Positions 17,420 through 28,920 of a stretch of 64,000 nt of DNA are shown piece after piece (positions within the stretch are counted from its first letter, which is position 1; every line of letters starts with the position of its first letter). The stretch comes from Sulfurospirillaceae bacterium. GTDB lineage: Bacteria; Campylobacterota; Campylobacteria; Campylobacterales; Sulfurospirillaceae. A program made the translations under genes and the position numbers. The stretch lies in assembly GCA_033723415.1 (NCBI GenBank), contig JAWVXD010000001.1:1-64000 (forward strand), in the 5' to 3' direction. The notes beneath the pieces were generated by a model. The model was not told the origin of the DNA. It ran no database searches and saw only the letters and a list, made by a program, of their open reading frames with translations.

Positions 17420-18238
17420 ATGAAAAAACTAATTTATTTGCTCATTGTCCCTCTTGTATTATTTGCAGGAAAACCAAATCTACTGCTTTTAAAAGTATAT
17501 AAAGGTGATGCAAATATAAGTGGTTGGCTTATGAGTGAAAAATTAGACGGTGTAAGGGCATATTGGGATGGGAAAAAGCTTATATCCAGAGGAGGACATA
17601 AGCTGAGTGCCCCCAAATGGTTTACGAAAGGCTTTCCTCCTTTTGAAATTGACGGCGAACTTTGGAGCAAAAGAGGTGATTTTGAAAATATCTCCGGTAT
17701 TGTCAGAAAACAAAACCCAAATGACGGTTGGAAGCAACTGACTTATAATATCTTTGAAGTTCCACATCAAAAAGGCAACCTTGTTCAAAGGCTTGATGTT
17801 TTACGCAAATATCTACAATCGCATTACAATGCTCATATAAAAATCATAAAACAAATCGTATGTAAAAATAGAACTGAGCTAAATAAGTATTTAACAGAAG
17901 TTGAATTAAAAGGCGGAGAAGGCGTTGTAGTTAGAAATCCAAATGCTCCTTATATAAATAGAAGAACAGATCAGGCACTTAAGGTTAAGAGTTTTTTAGA
18001 TGATGAGTGTAAAATTGTAGGATATAATATTGGCAAAGGTAAAAATAACGGGCTGATCGGATCACTGAAATGTAAGATGAAAACAGGACAAATCATCAAG
18101 CTAGGAAGTGGACTAAGTAATAAAGAGCGAATAAATCCTCCTAAAATAGGAACTATTGTAACTTTTAAATATAAAGGCTTAACAAAAAACGGGAGACCTA
18201 GATTTCCGATATTTTTGAGAATTAGAGATACTATATAG
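17420..18238 (+). CDS. Minimal ATP-dependent DNA ligase with signal peptide (Lig E type)
   Basis: SEKLDGVRAYWDG, DGELW, EGVVVR, RFPIFLRIR; N-terminal MKKLIYLLIVPLVLFA leader. Confidence 0.9.
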   Translation: MKKLIYLLIVPLVLFAGKPNLLLLKVYKGDANISGWLMSEKLDGVRAYWDGKKLISRGGHKLSAPKWFTKGFPPFEIDGELWSKRGDFENISGIVRKQNPNDGWKQLTYNIFEVPHQKGNLVQRLDVLRKYLQSHYNAHIKIIKQIVCKNRTELNKYLTEVELKGGEGVVVRNPNAPYINRRTDQALKVKSFLDDECKIVGYNIGKGKNNGLIGSLKCKMKTGQIIKLGSGLSNKERINPPKIGTIVTFKYKGLTKNGRPRFPIFLRIRDTI

Positions 18239-18259
18239 ACAAATAAACAGGATAAACAG

Positions 18260-20395
18260 ATGACAGATTATAAGATTAGCGAAAATGTCAAAGTTGTTAT
18301 ATATATAGCTTTTGCATATATATTTAGTATTTTAGTTAGGTTGATTTGGGTTTATCAGTTCCATGGATATGAAAACTTTATTTGGAACAATCAGTTCATG
18401 ATAAACACAAATGACGGTTACTACTGGGCGCAGGGTGCAAGAGACCTAATCCGCGGTTTTTCTACGCCAAATTCAATATCACCTACGACTTCAGGCCCTT
18501 CTTTATTGACATTTTGGTTTACTAAAATTTTACCTTTTTCTTTGGAAACGGTTATGTTTTATATGCCGGCTTTTTTGAGTTCGATCATAGTCATCCCTAT
18601 GATTCTTATGGCAAAAAGTTTAAAAAAAGCTGAGATTGGTTTTGTCGCAGCACTTGTAGCTTCTATTGCTTGGAGTTACTATAATAGGACCATGGTCGGT
18701 TATTATGATACTGACATGCTTAATATCGTATTACCGGTATTTCTTTTATGGTCGCTAACTCTTGCCTTTCAAAGCAGACAAGAAAAATATCTAATATTTA
18801 CTGCGCTTGAAATCATAGCTTATAGATGGTGGTATCCCCAAAGTTATTCATTGGAATTTGCATTTTTCGGACTTATTCTACTTTATACTTTGATCTATGA
18901 GCGAAAAAATACTTATAATTATAAATTGCTTGCTATTATGATGTTTGCGATGATGGGCTTACCTAGCTTGAGCAGATTTTTCATCGTTGTCATTGTCTTT
19001 GCTTTATACAAAAGTAAAAAATTGGATTCTTATATATACTATCTTTTAGGTTTAGCCTTTGTATGTTTTTTACTTACAGGCGGATTTTCTCCAATTTGGT
19101 TACAGTTGAAAGGGTATGTTTTTAAAGACCCCACAGACTTGGCTGGAGAAGGATTGAAACTTCATTTTTTCTCTGTCATGCAGACTGTCAGAGAAGCAGG
19201 ACATATCCCTTTTACGACTTTTGCAAACCGAATAAGCGGCAGTACTGTTACATTCTTTTTATCTCTCATAGGATATGTTTGGTTTTGTTTTAGATATCCA
19301 GTGATGCTTTTAGGACTTCCTCTTTTAGGACTTGGATTTTTGGCACATTTTGGCGGTTTGAGGTTTACTATATATGCCGTTCCTGTTATGGCATTTGGAG
19401 TTTCTTTTCTTTTCTTTTCTATTAGTGATTTTCTAAAACGATTTTTAGTACAAGGCAAGAGTAGTTTTTACATAAGAGCGGCTTTTGTATCTATCTGTAC
19501 CATTGCGGCGCTATATCCAAATATCATGCATGTTGTAGGGTATAGAGTACCTACGGTTTTTTCTAGGCAGGAAGTAGGTTTATTAAATCAACTGAAAACC
19601 ATAGCTAAAAGAGAAGATTATGCTTTGTCTTGGTGGGATTATGGTTATCCTCTTAGATACTACAGTGATGTAAAGACTTTGATCGATGGCGGAAAACATA
19701 GTGGAGCAGACAATTTCCCTGTTAGTTTCATACTTACAAACCCTCAAGTTGATGCTGCTAAGTTAGCCAGATTAGATGTAGAGTATACGGAGAAATCATA
19801 TCACTTAAGTGCAACAAACCCTGATATTAATAGAACTAATATTGAGAAGATGACGCTTCACTATGGTTTTAAAGATACAAATGATTTTTTAGCCTCTCTT
19901 GATACAAATATAAAGCTTCCTAAAAAAACACGAGATATATATTTTTATCTTCCATATAGGATGCTTGGGATATTTCCGACTATTGCCAGATTTAGTGATA
20001 TGGACCTGATGAATGGAAAGATAATAAGAAAATATTTTTTCTACCAAACAAATAAATTTCAAGACTCACAAGATGTTTTAAATCTTGGAGATAATATTTT
20101 ATTTTATAAAAAAAGAGGTATTCTAAAAGTTGGAAATCAAGAAACCCCGGTTAAAGATCTGTATGTTACGGCGTATGAAAAGGATGGCAAATTACATAAA
20201 CAAAAGCAGACACTACATGCTGAAGGAAATATCTCTATAATATTTTTACGCTCATATCATACATTTCTTGTTTTAGATGACTCTATGTTACATTCGCTTT
20301 ATATCCAGCTTTTTGTACTTGAAAATTATGATAAAAGCTTATTTCAACCTGTCATACTTAATCCTATGGCAAAAATATATAAATTAAAAATATAA
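18260..20395 (+). CDS. pglB: STT3-family oligosaccharyltransferase
   Basis: TNDGY, YYDTDM, TVRE, WWDYGY, DGGKH. Confidence 0.95.
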   Translation: MTDYKISENVKVVIYIAFAYIFSILVRLIWVYQFHGYENFIWNNQFMINTNDGYYWAQGARDLIRGFSTPNSISPTTSGPSLLTFWFTKILPFSLETVMFYMPAFLSSIIVIPMILMAKSLKKAEIGFVAALVASIAWSYYNRTMVGYYDTDMLNIVLPVFLLWSLTLAFQSRQEKYLIFTALEIIAYRWWYPQSYSLEFAFFGLILLYTLIYERKNTYNYKLLAIMMFAMMGLPSLSRFFIVVIVFALYKSKKLDSYIYYLLGLAFVCFLLTGGFSPIWLQLKGYVFKDPTDLAGEGLKLHFFSVMQTVREAGHIPFTTFANRISGSTVTFFLSLIGYVWFCFRYPVMLLGLPLLGLGFLAHFGGLRFTIYAVPVMAFGVSFLFFSISDFLKRFLVQGKSSFYIRAAFVSICTIAALYPNIMHVVGYRVPTVFSRQEVGLLNQLKTIAKREDYALSWWDYGYPLRYYSDVKTLIDGGKHSGADNFPVSFILTNPQVDAAKLARLDVEYTEKSYHLSATNPDINRTNIEKMTLHYGFKDTNDFLASLDTNIKLPKKTRDIYFYLPYRMLGIFPTIARFSDMDLMNGKIIRKYFFYQTNKFQDSQDVLNLGDNILFYKKRGILKVGNQETPVKDLYVTAYEKDGKLHKQKQTLHAEGNISIIFLRSYHTFLVLDDSMLHSLYIQLFVLENYDKSLFQPVILNPMAKIYKLKI

Positions 20396-20414
20396 TTAAG
20401 AAAAAGAGGTTTGA

Positions 20415-22160
20415 ATGATTTCATATTTTGATAAGAGATTTTTAAACATACTAATCATCGCAAGTCTGAGTATGGGGACATTTGTTTGGACCTTTTGGAT
20501 CTTTCATGAGCCGTTTGCATTAAAGCCGATACTTTTAGTTATACTCGTTAGAATACTTGCATCATTGATATTCTTCCAAGACTATTCTCTGTCTTGGTCT
20601 AAGGCAACACAAAAAACATTTATGATAAAAAGCTTTGTGAATATGATAGCCTTTATTGTTTATATGCCTTTTTATTATACGATTATTCCTGTTTCTTTTT
20701 TCTTGTCTGAATTGTTCTTATATCTTTTTGCTATTAACTTTTTTATGTATCTTTATTATATGTACAAAAACAGAAGCTTGGTTGAGAAAACAAAAAGTTT
20801 GGTGATATATGGTGCTGGCAAAGCAGGTATGAAATTAGAAGAAGAGTACAGGAATTCCCATTTTAAGATAAAATATTTTGTTGATGATGATAAAAAATTG
20901 CAAAACAGAAGTATTGACGGTATTAAAATTATCTCCGATGATCAATTTAAAAATGTTGCAAACGATAAATTTGACTTGTTGATAATCGCATTGCCCTCTG
21001 CAAGTCCTGCTGCTATTCAAAATATCTATAACAAAATGGAACAATATTTTGTTGATATAAAAATTTTGCCTACATTAGAAAAAATACTATCAAATGAGCC
21101 ATTTTCCGATCAATTAAAAAATATAAGCGTAGAAGATCTCTTAGCAAGACATCCTCAGGATTTAGACAAGGATTCGATATCGTCTTTTTTAAAAGGTAAA
21201 AAAGTTCTTGTCACAGGTGCCGGTGGAAGTATAGGCAGTGAGATAAGCAGACAATGTATAAAATACGGTGTAAAAGAGTTATTCCTTTTAGATCACAGCG
21301 AGTTTAATCTATACAGTATTTGCGAAGAGTTGAAGTTTGATTTTGTAAAAGCTTTTATGCATAGTGTTTTGGATGTAAAGTTACTTGAAAAGACGATATC
21401 TACTTGCAAGCCTGATGTGATAATCCATGCAGCGGCATATAAGCATGTTCCTTTAGTTGAAGAAAATGTAGAAGAAGGTATATTAAATAACGTCATAGGC
21501 ACAAAAAATTGTATTGATCTGGCGATTAAATACGAAGTTAAAAAATTTATATTGATCTCTACTGATAAGGCAGTAAGACCTACAAATGTGATGGGTGCTA
21601 CAAAAAGGATTTGTGAACTTTATGCAGGAAACGTTGAAACAAAAAATACTGAGATAGTTGCCGTTAGATTTGGAAATGTTCTTGGCAGCAGCGGCTCTGT
21701 TATCCCAAAATTTAAGCAACAAATTGAAAACGGCGGTCCATTGACAGTCACACACCCTGAAATAACAAGATATTTCATGCTTATACCTGAAGCGTGTGAA
21801 TTAGTGTTGCAAACAGGAGCAATAGCAAAAGGCGGAGAGATCTTTATACTTGATATGGGTGAGCCTATCAAAATATGCGATCTTGCCAAAAAGATGATTG
21901 AACTTAGCGGTAAGCAAGGCATAGAGATAAAATTTACAGGTTTGAGACCGGGAGAAAAGTTATATGAAGAATTGCTTATAGATGAAGCCGATAAAGAGAC
22001 AAAATATAAATCTATCATGGTGGCAAAAGAGACAAAATACGATATAGATAAATTGAACGCTGATATAAATGAACTTATAAGCACTGAGGATAAAATCACA
22101 AAATTGAAAGAAATCTTGCCAGAATTTGAGCATAAATTTAACTCAATAGACAGTCATTGA
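20415..22160 (+). CDS. pglF: UDP-GlcNAc 4,6-dehydratase
   Basis: N-terminal TMs, TGAGGSIGSE, HAAAYKHVP, STDKAV, RFGNVLGSSGSV. Confidence 0.9.
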   Translation: MISYFDKRFLNILIIASLSMGTFVWTFWIFHEPFALKPILLVILVRILASLIFFQDYSLSWSKATQKTFMIKSFVNMIAFIVYMPFYYTIIPVSFFLSELFLYLFAINFFMYLYYMYKNRSLVEKTKSLVIYGAGKAGMKLEEEYRNSHFKIKYFVDDDKKLQNRSIDGIKIISDDQFKNVANDKFDLLIIALPSASPAAIQNIYNKMEQYFVDIKILPTLEKILSNEPFSDQLKNISVEDLLARHPQDLDKDSISSFLKGKKVLVTGAGGSIGSEISRQCIKYGVKELFLLDHSEFNLYSICEELKFDFVKAFMHSVLDVKLLEKTISTCKPDVIIHAAAYKHVPLVEENVEEGILNNVIGTKNCIDLAIKYEVKKFILISTDKAVRPTNVMGATKRICELYAGNVETKNTEIVAVRFGNVLGSSGSVIPKFKQQIENGGPLTVTHPEITRYFMLIPEACELVLQTGAIAKGGEIFILDMGEPIKICDLAKKMIELSGKQGIEIKFTGLRPGEKLYEELLIDEADKETKYKSIMVAKETKYDIDKLNADINELISTEDKITKLKEILPEFEHKFNSIDSH

Positions 22161-22266
22161 TCCCGTGTTTATTGTGTTTTATGCTATAATTGAAAAAATT
22201 TTGATGCAAAAGGCTCTTGCGTGATTGAAAAAATATTTATACTAAATTTTACTATAGTTAGCAACA

Positions 22267-23142
22267 ATGAAAATACTTGGCAATAATGACAAAATAGAAT
22301 CCATCGGTAGTGCAGGGCTTGTAAGCAAACCACGTGATACTACACTTAAGAAGTATTACAAAAGTATATATGATGCGCTAGAAAAATATGGTGTAGAGCT
22401 TTTAGTTGAAGAGAATAGTGCAAAAAATCTAGGATGTGACGGCGTTGATTTTGATGAAATGTGTAAAAAAAGTGATTTCATAATTTCGTTAGGAGGGGAT
22501 GGGACACTTATCTCACTATGTAGGAAAAGTTTTAATTATAACAAACCGATCCTTGGGATTTATGCCGGACAGTTAGGCTTTTTGACAGATATAAAAACAG
22601 ATGAGATAGAAGAGTTCATAGACAATATGTTCTTGGGAAAGTATAGGATCGATGAGAGGATGCTTTTAGAGATCTCTTTACATCAAAATAAAAGAGTAAA
22701 AAATATCGTAGCCTTTAATGATGTAGTTTTTGCAAGAGACAATACGTCCTCTATGTCAGCTGTAGCAGCTTTTGTGAATCATGATATGATCAATCTTTAT
22801 AGGGGTGATGGACTTATTGTCTCAACACCTACAGGTTCAACCGCTTACAATGTTTCAGCAGGAGGTCCGGTTGTTTACCCTTTGACGGAAGCTTTGATAC
22901 TGACTCCTATCTGTCCACATTCTTTGACCCAACGCCCACTTGTTTTGCCTGTGAATTTTGAAGTCGAATTTAAAAGTGAAGATGATATGTTGATCGTGAT
23001 AGACGGACAAGATAGATACAAGATGAGGGACTTTGAAAAAGTTACTATAAAGATAGCCAAAAAAAGTGCAAAACTTATACACTCATTGGAAAAAAATTAT
23101 TTTAATACACTGAAAGATAAACTAAGCTGGGGAAATCTATGA
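22267..23142 (+). CDS. nadK: NAD+ kinase
   Basis: [30 protein letters not shown]. Confidence 0.95.
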   Translation: MKILGNNDKIESIGSAGLVSKPRDTTLKKYYKSIYDALEKYGVELLVEENSAKNLGCDGVDFDEMCKKSDFIISLGGDGTLISLCRKSFNYNKPILGIYAGQLGFLTDIKTDEIEEFIDNMFLGKYRIDERMLLEISLHQNKRVKNIVAFNDVVFARDNTSSMSAVAAFVNHDMINLYRGDGLIVSTPTGSTAYNVSAGGPVVYPLTEALILTPICPHSLTQRPLVLPVNFEVEFKSEDDMLIVIDGQDRYKMRDFEKVTIKIAKKSAKLIHSLEKNYFNTLKDKLSWGNL

Positions 23143-24674
23143 TAGAGCGTATTTATCTCAAAGAACATTTTTCTTTTAAAGATTGTGAATTAAATTTTGA
23201 AAATGGACTTATTGCATTTACGGGTCCAAGCGGTGCCGGAAAATCAGTGCTTATGCAAGCTATCTTATCTTTATTCGGATATAGTGACGCGTATGCCGAG
23301 ATAATTGAAGCAACGGTCTCTCATGAGCTTGACATGGATGAATACGGTATTGTAAGTGAAGATGTAAATGTATTTAAGCTCATGAAATCAAAAAGTACAA
23401 GATATTTTGTAAATTCTCAAAATATTTCCAGAAAAAATATAAATGAAATATCAAAAAACTTTTTAAGCTATCTAAGCGTCAAAGATAACGGTGAATTTGA
23501 AAATGAAAGGCTGTTAGAGTTCTTAGATGCTATTTGTTCACAGAAAAATGATACTCATCATCAAAACCTTCAAGATTTTAGGATGAACTATGAAGAGTAC
23601 AAAAAAATAGATATTGAATTAAAAGCTATAATAGAGAAAGAAAATAAAGTCGAAGAACTCAAGGAATTTGCACGTTTTGAGATAAATAAGATAGATGATA
23701 TAAATCCAAAAATAGGCGAAGATGAAGAACTGATGAGCATAAAGAAATCTTTATCTAAAAAAGAGAAAATCCAAAGTGCTCTTGAGGGAGCATCAGGTAT
23801 ATTTGATTATGAATCAAGCGTAATTGAAGTTTTGAGCCTTATGGAAAAAGAGAGTGCGTTTTTTGATGAATGCATGAACGAACTCAGAAGTCAATTTGAG
23901 ACTCAAAAAGATTTGCTCAATAACCTAGATGATATAGATATTGAAACTCTATTAGAAAGAATAGAAAAAATTGCAAGCCTCAAAAAGAGGCATGGCAGTA
24001 TCGAAGAGATATTGGCGTATAAAAAACAAAAAATAGATGAACTAAACGAATATGAAAATCTCTCTTTTGAAAAAAAAGATTTGCAAAAGAAATATGAAAT
24101 TGCAAAAAATGTAGTTCAAGAGTTAGCCGATACAATTTCTAAAGAAAGAATATCAAATCTAAAAAATATGAATGACAGGATCAATTATTATTTAAATATG
24201 CTCTACATGCCACCCGTTGAAGTAGAAGTTAATGTAAAAGCGCTAGATGAAAATGGAATTGATGAGTTGATCGTAAATCTTGGAGATGTTGAAGTCAAGA
24301 AGATCAGTTCAGGAGAGTATAATAGACTTAGATTAGCATTTCTCGCGGCAAGAGAAGAGTATTTGAGAAGCAGCGGAGGAGTTTTGATCTTAGATGAGAT
24401 TGATTCAAATCTTAGCGGGAAAGAGTCTATGAGCGTGGCAAATGTTCTAGAGATATTATCAGATAAATATCAAATATTTGCAATCTCTCACCAACCTCAG
24501 TTATCTTCAAGAGCTGATATGCATTTTTTGGTTTCTAAAAATAACAACGAAAGTCATGTAAGAAAATTGGATGCTGATGAGAGAGTAAAAGAGCTTGCCA
24601 GAATGGTAAGCGGTGAAGAGATTCATGAAAAGGCTATAGAATTTGCACAATCATTATATGAGAGGAAAGTTTGA
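23139..24674 (+). CDS. recN: DNA repair protein RecN
   Basis: Walker A GPSGAGKS, coiled coil, [20 protein letters not shown]. Confidence 0.9.
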   Translation: MIERIYLKEHFSFKDCELNFENGLIAFTGPSGAGKSVLMQAILSLFGYSDAYAEIIEATVSHELDMDEYGIVSEDVNVFKLMKSKSTRYFVNSQNISRKNINEISKNFLSYLSVKDNGEFENERLLEFLDAICSQKNDTHHQNLQDFRMNYEEYKKIDIELKAIIEKENKVEELKEFARFEINKIDDINPKIGEDEELMSIKKSLSKKEKIQSALEGASGIFDYESSVIEVLSLMEKESAFFDECMNELRSQFETQKDLLNNLDDIDIETLLERIEKIASLKKRHGSIEEILAYKKQKIDELNEYENLSFEKKDLQKKYEIAKNVVQELADTISKERISNLKNMNDRINYYLNMLYMPPVEVEVNVKALDENGIDELIVNLGDVEVKKISSGEYNRLRLAFLAAREEYLRSSGGVLILDEIDSNLSGKESMSVANVLEILSDKYQIFAISHQPQLSSRADMHFLVSKNNNESHVRKLDADERVKELARMVSGEEIHEKAIEFAQSLYERKV

Positions 24675-25495
24675 TAAAAGAGAAAATTTTACTTATTGAA
24701 GATAGTAAGGCATTGTCAAATATATTGACAAAAAAGATGACCGGTGAGCTTGATTTTGAGGTTATACAGGCTTATACATTTGAACAGGCAAGAGAGATAA
24801 TTGATGATGATGACGATTTTTTTATCGCATTATGTGATTTAAATCTCCCTGATGCGCCAAATGGTGAGATCGTAGATTTTGTTATATCTAAAAAAATACC
24901 TGCAATAGTCTTGACAGCAAGTTCAGATGTTGAACTACAAAAAAGTTTTTTGAAAAAAAATATCATAGATTATGTCCATAAAGGGGATTTGAAAGATATA
25001 GATTATATTTTTTCCGTTATTAAGAGAGTATCAAATAACAGGGATATAAAAGTCTTGATTGTAGATGATTCCATTGTTGCCAGAAATGAATTAAAAAGAT
25101 TATTTGAACTTTACATGTTCAAGGTCCTGGTTTGCGCTCATGGGGAAGAAGCATTGAATTATCTAAAAGACAATAGAGATATAAAATTGATCTTGACAGA
25201 TTACAATATGCCTGTGATTAACGGTCTGGAGTTTACAGAAAAAGTCAGAGAAGAGTACAGTAAAAATGAAATAATAATCTTTGCCATGACTGCAAGTAAT
25301 GAACCAAGAATATCATCAAGATTTTTAAAGATGGGTGCAAATGATTTCATACGAAAACCTTATGATCGAGAAGAATTATTTCTCAGAATCAACAGTACGA
25401 TAGGTCAAAAGGATGATTTTGATAAACTTGTAAAAATGGCAAAAGGATTGATCAAAAGAGATAAAAAATTTTTAGATGAGGCAAAAATAATATGA
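24671..25495 (+). CDS. Tandem receiver (REC-REC) response regulator, CbrR-like but without GGDEF
   Basis: Two REC domains (EDS..DLNLPD; VDDS..DYNMP..KP); syntenic with Campylobacter cbrR. Confidence 0.85.
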   Translation: MIKEKILLIEDSKALSNILTKKMTGELDFEVIQAYTFEQAREIIDDDDDFFIALCDLNLPDAPNGEIVDFVISKKIPAIVLTASSDVELQKSFLKKNIIDYVHKGDLKDIDYIFSVIKRVSNNRDIKVLIVDDSIVARNELKRLFELYMFKVLVCAHGEEALNYLKDNRDIKLILTDYNMPVINGLEFTEKVREEYSKNEIIIFAMTASNEPRISSRFLKMGANDFIRKPYDREELFLRINSTIGQKDDFDKLVKMAKGLIKRDKKFLDEAKII

Positions 25496-26280
25496 TTATA
25501 GATACACATTGCCATCTGGATGATATAAAATATAATGATGATTTAGATGATGTTATAAGAAGAGCAGAAGAACAAAATGTTAATGGATTTTTAATTCCAG
25601 GTGCGGATATTGAAGATTTACAAAGAGCCAAAGATATATCACATAAGTACTATAATATTTTCTATGCTGCAGGAATTCACCCATATCACACAGACGGTTA
25701 TGATGAGTCAGTACTAAAAGAATATTTGAAAGATGACAGATGCATTGCCGTGGGAGAATGCGGACTTGATTATTTTAGACTACCCGATAACGAAGAAGAA
25801 AAAGAGAAGGTAAAGCAAGTGCAGAGGGATATCTTTGCAAAACATATTGATCTTGCAAAAGAGCTAAACAAACCTTTGATCGTTCATATCAGAGATGCGA
25901 ATGATGACAGTAAAAGAGTTTTAGAAGAGAACGATGCAGGTAAAGTAGGAGGAGTTTTGCATTGCTACAATGCTTCAAAACATTTGCTTTCACTTAGTGA
26001 GCTGGGTTTTTATTTTGGTATTGGCGGAGTTTTAACATTTAAAAATGCGAAAAATTTAGTAGAAATTTTACCGCAAATTCCAAAAGATAAGATTTTGATA
26101 GAAACTGATGCACCATATCTTACGCCTCACCCTCATCGAGGAGAAAGAAATGAGCCTTTATATACAACGTTTGTAGCGCAAAAAATCGCCCAAATATTAG
26201 ATATGCATATTGATGAGGTCGAAGAGTTGACCACAAATAACGCCAAAAGGCTTTTTAAAGCATTTTCAAGCCTAAATTAG
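25492..26280 (+). CDS. tatD: TatD-family DNase
   Basis: DTHCHL, GIHP, VGECGLDY, LHC, ETDAPYL. Confidence 0.93.
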   Translation: MIIDTHCHLDDIKYNDDLDDVIRRAEEQNVNGFLIPGADIEDLQRAKDISHKYYNIFYAAGIHPYHTDGYDESVLKEYLKDDRCIAVGECGLDYFRLPDNEEEKEKVKQVQRDIFAKHIDLAKELNKPLIVHIRDANDDSKRVLEENDAGKVGGVLHCYNASKHLLSLSELGFYFGIGGVLTFKNAKNLVEILPQIPKDKILIETDAPYLTPHPHRGERNEPLYTTFVAQKIAQILDMHIDEVEELTTNNAKRLFKAFSSLN

Positions 26281-26323
26281 GTAAAATGCAAACATTTCAT
26301 ACGCTTTAATTAAAAGGGGCAGG

Positions 26324-27538
26324 ATGCTGAAATTTTTATTTGTTATTTTACTATTTATACAGAGCAGTTATGCTTTCTTAGTTACCCAAAATAATTTTAA
26401 AGAACAAGTGTTAGTGTTAAAGAGCTTTGATATAGATTCAAACTTCTTAAAAGATAAAATTTTTATGTCAATGCGAGAAGATGTAAATAGATACAGAACA
26501 AAGCATTTCCTGAAGGTTCTGGAAGAAGGCAACAGATTTGTGCCGTATCTAAGAAAAATGATAAGTGATTCCGGCATACCAAAAGCATTTTTATATCTTG
26601 CCATGGCTGAATCAAATTTTGCACCAAATGCATACTCAAAAGCAAGAGCTGTTGGATTATGGCAATTTATGCCTGCAACAGCAAAACATTTTGGCTTAAA
26701 AATAAATTCTTACATTGATGAAAGAAAAGACCCTGTAAAATCAACTGAGGCTGCAATCAAATATTTAAAATATTTGCACGGTATATTTGGCAAATGGTAT
26801 TTAGCGGCTATTGCTTATAACTGTGGTGAAGGAACTGTTCTTCGAGCTATAAAAAGAGCAAAGACAGATAATTTAAACGTTCTTTTAAACGGTAAAAAAA
26901 GATATCTTCCCAAAGAAAGCAGGATGTATATCAGAAAAATCGTCATGATGGAAAGCTTGGCAAACAGTGCCGATTTTATTATAGAAAACAATTCAGATTA
27001 TTTGTTAAATGGCGGCAGTGCTGAAACTTTTGCGAAGGTTATTGTTAAGCAAGGTACTTCATTGGGAGCAGTCGCATCCAGCATTGGATTGTCATTAAAA
27101 GAAATAAGATCGTATAATCCGCAGTTAAAGCATGATTTTGTGCCTCCTTTTGCCGGAAAATATGCTATATATATCCCATATAATAAGCAAGCTGATTTTA
27201 GACAAAATTTTGATCCAAGTAAAAATAACAGTAGATTTTATGTCTATACTGTGAAAAAAGGTGATTCTTTAGCCAGAATTGCCAGAAGATATCATATACA
27301 TTATCAAATGATCAAAGATTATAATCATCTAAAATCAAATTGGCTACACGTAAAACAATCTTTGATAATTCCTGTAGTTAAACCTAGCATGATAAGTTAT
27401 GTGATTAAAAAAGGTGATACGTTGGGAAAAGTTTCTCAAAAATTCAATGTAGCCGTAAATACGCTTATTAGAGCAAATAATAAAACAAATTCATTGATAG
27501 TCATAGGTGAAAAGCTTGTTATTCCTCAAATGCAGTAG
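26324..27538 (+). CDS. MltD-like lytic transglycosylase with LysM domains
   Basis: AES, GLWQFMP, AYNCG; C-terminal YTVKKGDSL and YVIKKGDTL LysM repeats. Confidence 0.9.
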   Translation: MLKFLFVILLFIQSSYAFLVTQNNFKEQVLVLKSFDIDSNFLKDKIFMSMREDVNRYRTKHFLKVLEEGNRFVPYLRKMISDSGIPKAFLYLAMAESNFAPNAYSKARAVGLWQFMPATAKHFGLKINSYIDERKDPVKSTEAAIKYLKYLHGIFGKWYLAAIAYNCGEGTVLRAIKRAKTDNLNVLLNGKKRYLPKESRMYIRKIVMMESLANSADFIIENNSDYLLNGGSAETFAKVIVKQGTSLGAVASSIGLSLKEIRSYNPQLKHDFVPPFAGKYAIYIPYNKQADFRQNFDPSKNNSRFYVYTVKKGDSLARIARRYHIHYQMIKDYNHLKSNWLHVKQSLIIPVVKPSMISYVIKKGDTLGKVSQKFNVAVNTLIRANNKTNSLIVIGEKLVIPQMQ

Positions 27539-28322
27539 AATTTTTTTCTCGCTGATCGTAATTTTTATTTTTGCAGGATGCGCTAGTAGAGACTATACTT
27601 ATTCAAATTATTATGGAGGAAGCAGTAGTTTCCCTAGCAGAGGGAATATAGGCAATAGTGGACAAATAAATAATTCTCCAGGTATGCATAAAGCAACTAT
27701 GAGGCCTTATACCGTTGACGGAAAGACATATTATCCGACAACCGTAAGTGTGGGTGATACATACAGCGGTGTTGCCAGTTGGTACGGCAAAGATTTTCAT
27801 GGTAAAAAAACATCAGACGGTGAGTATTACAATATGTATGACATGACAGCAGCTCATAAAACTCTACCGATGAATACGATGTTAAGAGTAACAAATTTGC
27901 GAAACAATAAGAGTGTTGTAGTAAGAGTAAATGACAGAGGACCGTTTGTAAAGACAAGAATCATTGATCTATCTTATGAAGCTGCTTTACGATTGGGGAT
28001 GGCTTCTATAGGAACTGCACCGGTAAGATTGCAGGTTATCGGTTTTAGCGGAATCGTCAATACAAATAATACACAGCAAAAGAGTGTTAATCTCAGCAAT
28101 TTCTTTGTACAGATCGGAGCATTTAGAAATAAATCAGGTGCACAAAGATATGCTAGAGAGAACAATAACGTTCAGTCGATTTATAAGTCAATCGTCAAAG
28201 AATACTATTATCAAGGAGCACCTCTTTATAGAGTGTACTTGAGTGGATTTCAAAGTGAACAAGAAGCAAGAGACTTTATCTCTAAAGGAATCTTTAGAGG
28301 TTCTTTCATAGTAGGAAATTAA
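27507..28322 (+). CDS. rlpA: Septal lytic transglycosylase RlpA with SPOR domain
   Basis: Lipobox FAGC, ASWYG, TAAHKTLP, NDRGPF, IIDLS; VQIGAF SPOR. Confidence 0.92.
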   Translation: MKSLLFLKCSRIFFSLIVIFIFAGCASRDYTYSNYYGGSSSFPSRGNIGNSGQINNSPGMHKATMRPYTVDGKTYYPTTVSVGDTYSGVASWYGKDFHGKKTSDGEYYNMYDMTAAHKTLPMNTMLRVTNLRNNKSVVVRVNDRGPFVKTRIIDLSYEAALRLGMASIGTAPVRLQVIGFSGIVNTNNTQQKSVNLSNFFVQIGAFRNKSGAQRYARENNNVQSIYKSIVKEYYYQGAPLYRVYLSGFQSEQEARDFISKGIFRGSFIVGN

Positions 28323-28341
28323 AAGGCATACTAAGGATAAT

Positions 28342-28920
28342 ATGATGAAAAAAGAAGCACAAAGAAAGACAAAAGAAACTGATATTTCTATTAAAATGGA
28401 TTTGCATGGAAGCGGAGAGTCTAAGATTGAAACAGGTATAGGTTTTTTTGATCATATGCTTGAAGCATTTGCCAAACACTCATTTATAGACCTTGATTTG
28501 TTGTGCAAGGGTGATATTCATGTAGATTTTCATCATAGCGTAGAAGATGTAGGTATCGTATTGGGTCAGCTTTTGAGAGGCTCTATTTATCCACTAGAAA
28601 ATGTTGAGAGATTTGCAAACTCTGTTGTAGTAATGGATGAAGCAGCTGTTGAGTGTGATCTTGATCTGAGTAACCGTCCTTATCTGGTTTATGATCTTGA
28701 CATAGACGGGAAGATTGGCGATTTCGATGTTGAATTATGTGAAGAGTTTTTTAGAGCTGTTGTCGTAAATGCCGGGTTAAGTGTACATTTGGTGAAAAAA
28801 AGAGGTAAAAATCGACATCATATAGTAGAAGCTGCATTTAAATCTTTTGCAGTATCTTTAAGAAGAGCTATAGCAAAAAATCCTCGATCCGGGATTCCAA
28901 GCACAAAAGGTGTTCTATGA
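28342..28920 (+). CDS. hisB: Imidazoleglycerol-phosphate dehydratase
   Basis: FFDHML, HHSVED, NRHHIVEA, PSTKGVL. Confidence 0.96.
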   Translation: MMKKEAQRKTKETDISIKMDLHGSGESKIETGIGFFDHMLEAFAKHSFIDLDLLCKGDIHVDFHHSVEDVGIVLGQLLRGSIYPLENVERFANSVVVMDEAAVECDLDLSNRPYLVYDLDIDGKIGDFDVELCEEFFRAVVVNAGLSVHLVKKRGKNRHHIVEAAFKSFAVSLRRAIAKNPRSGIPSTKGVL

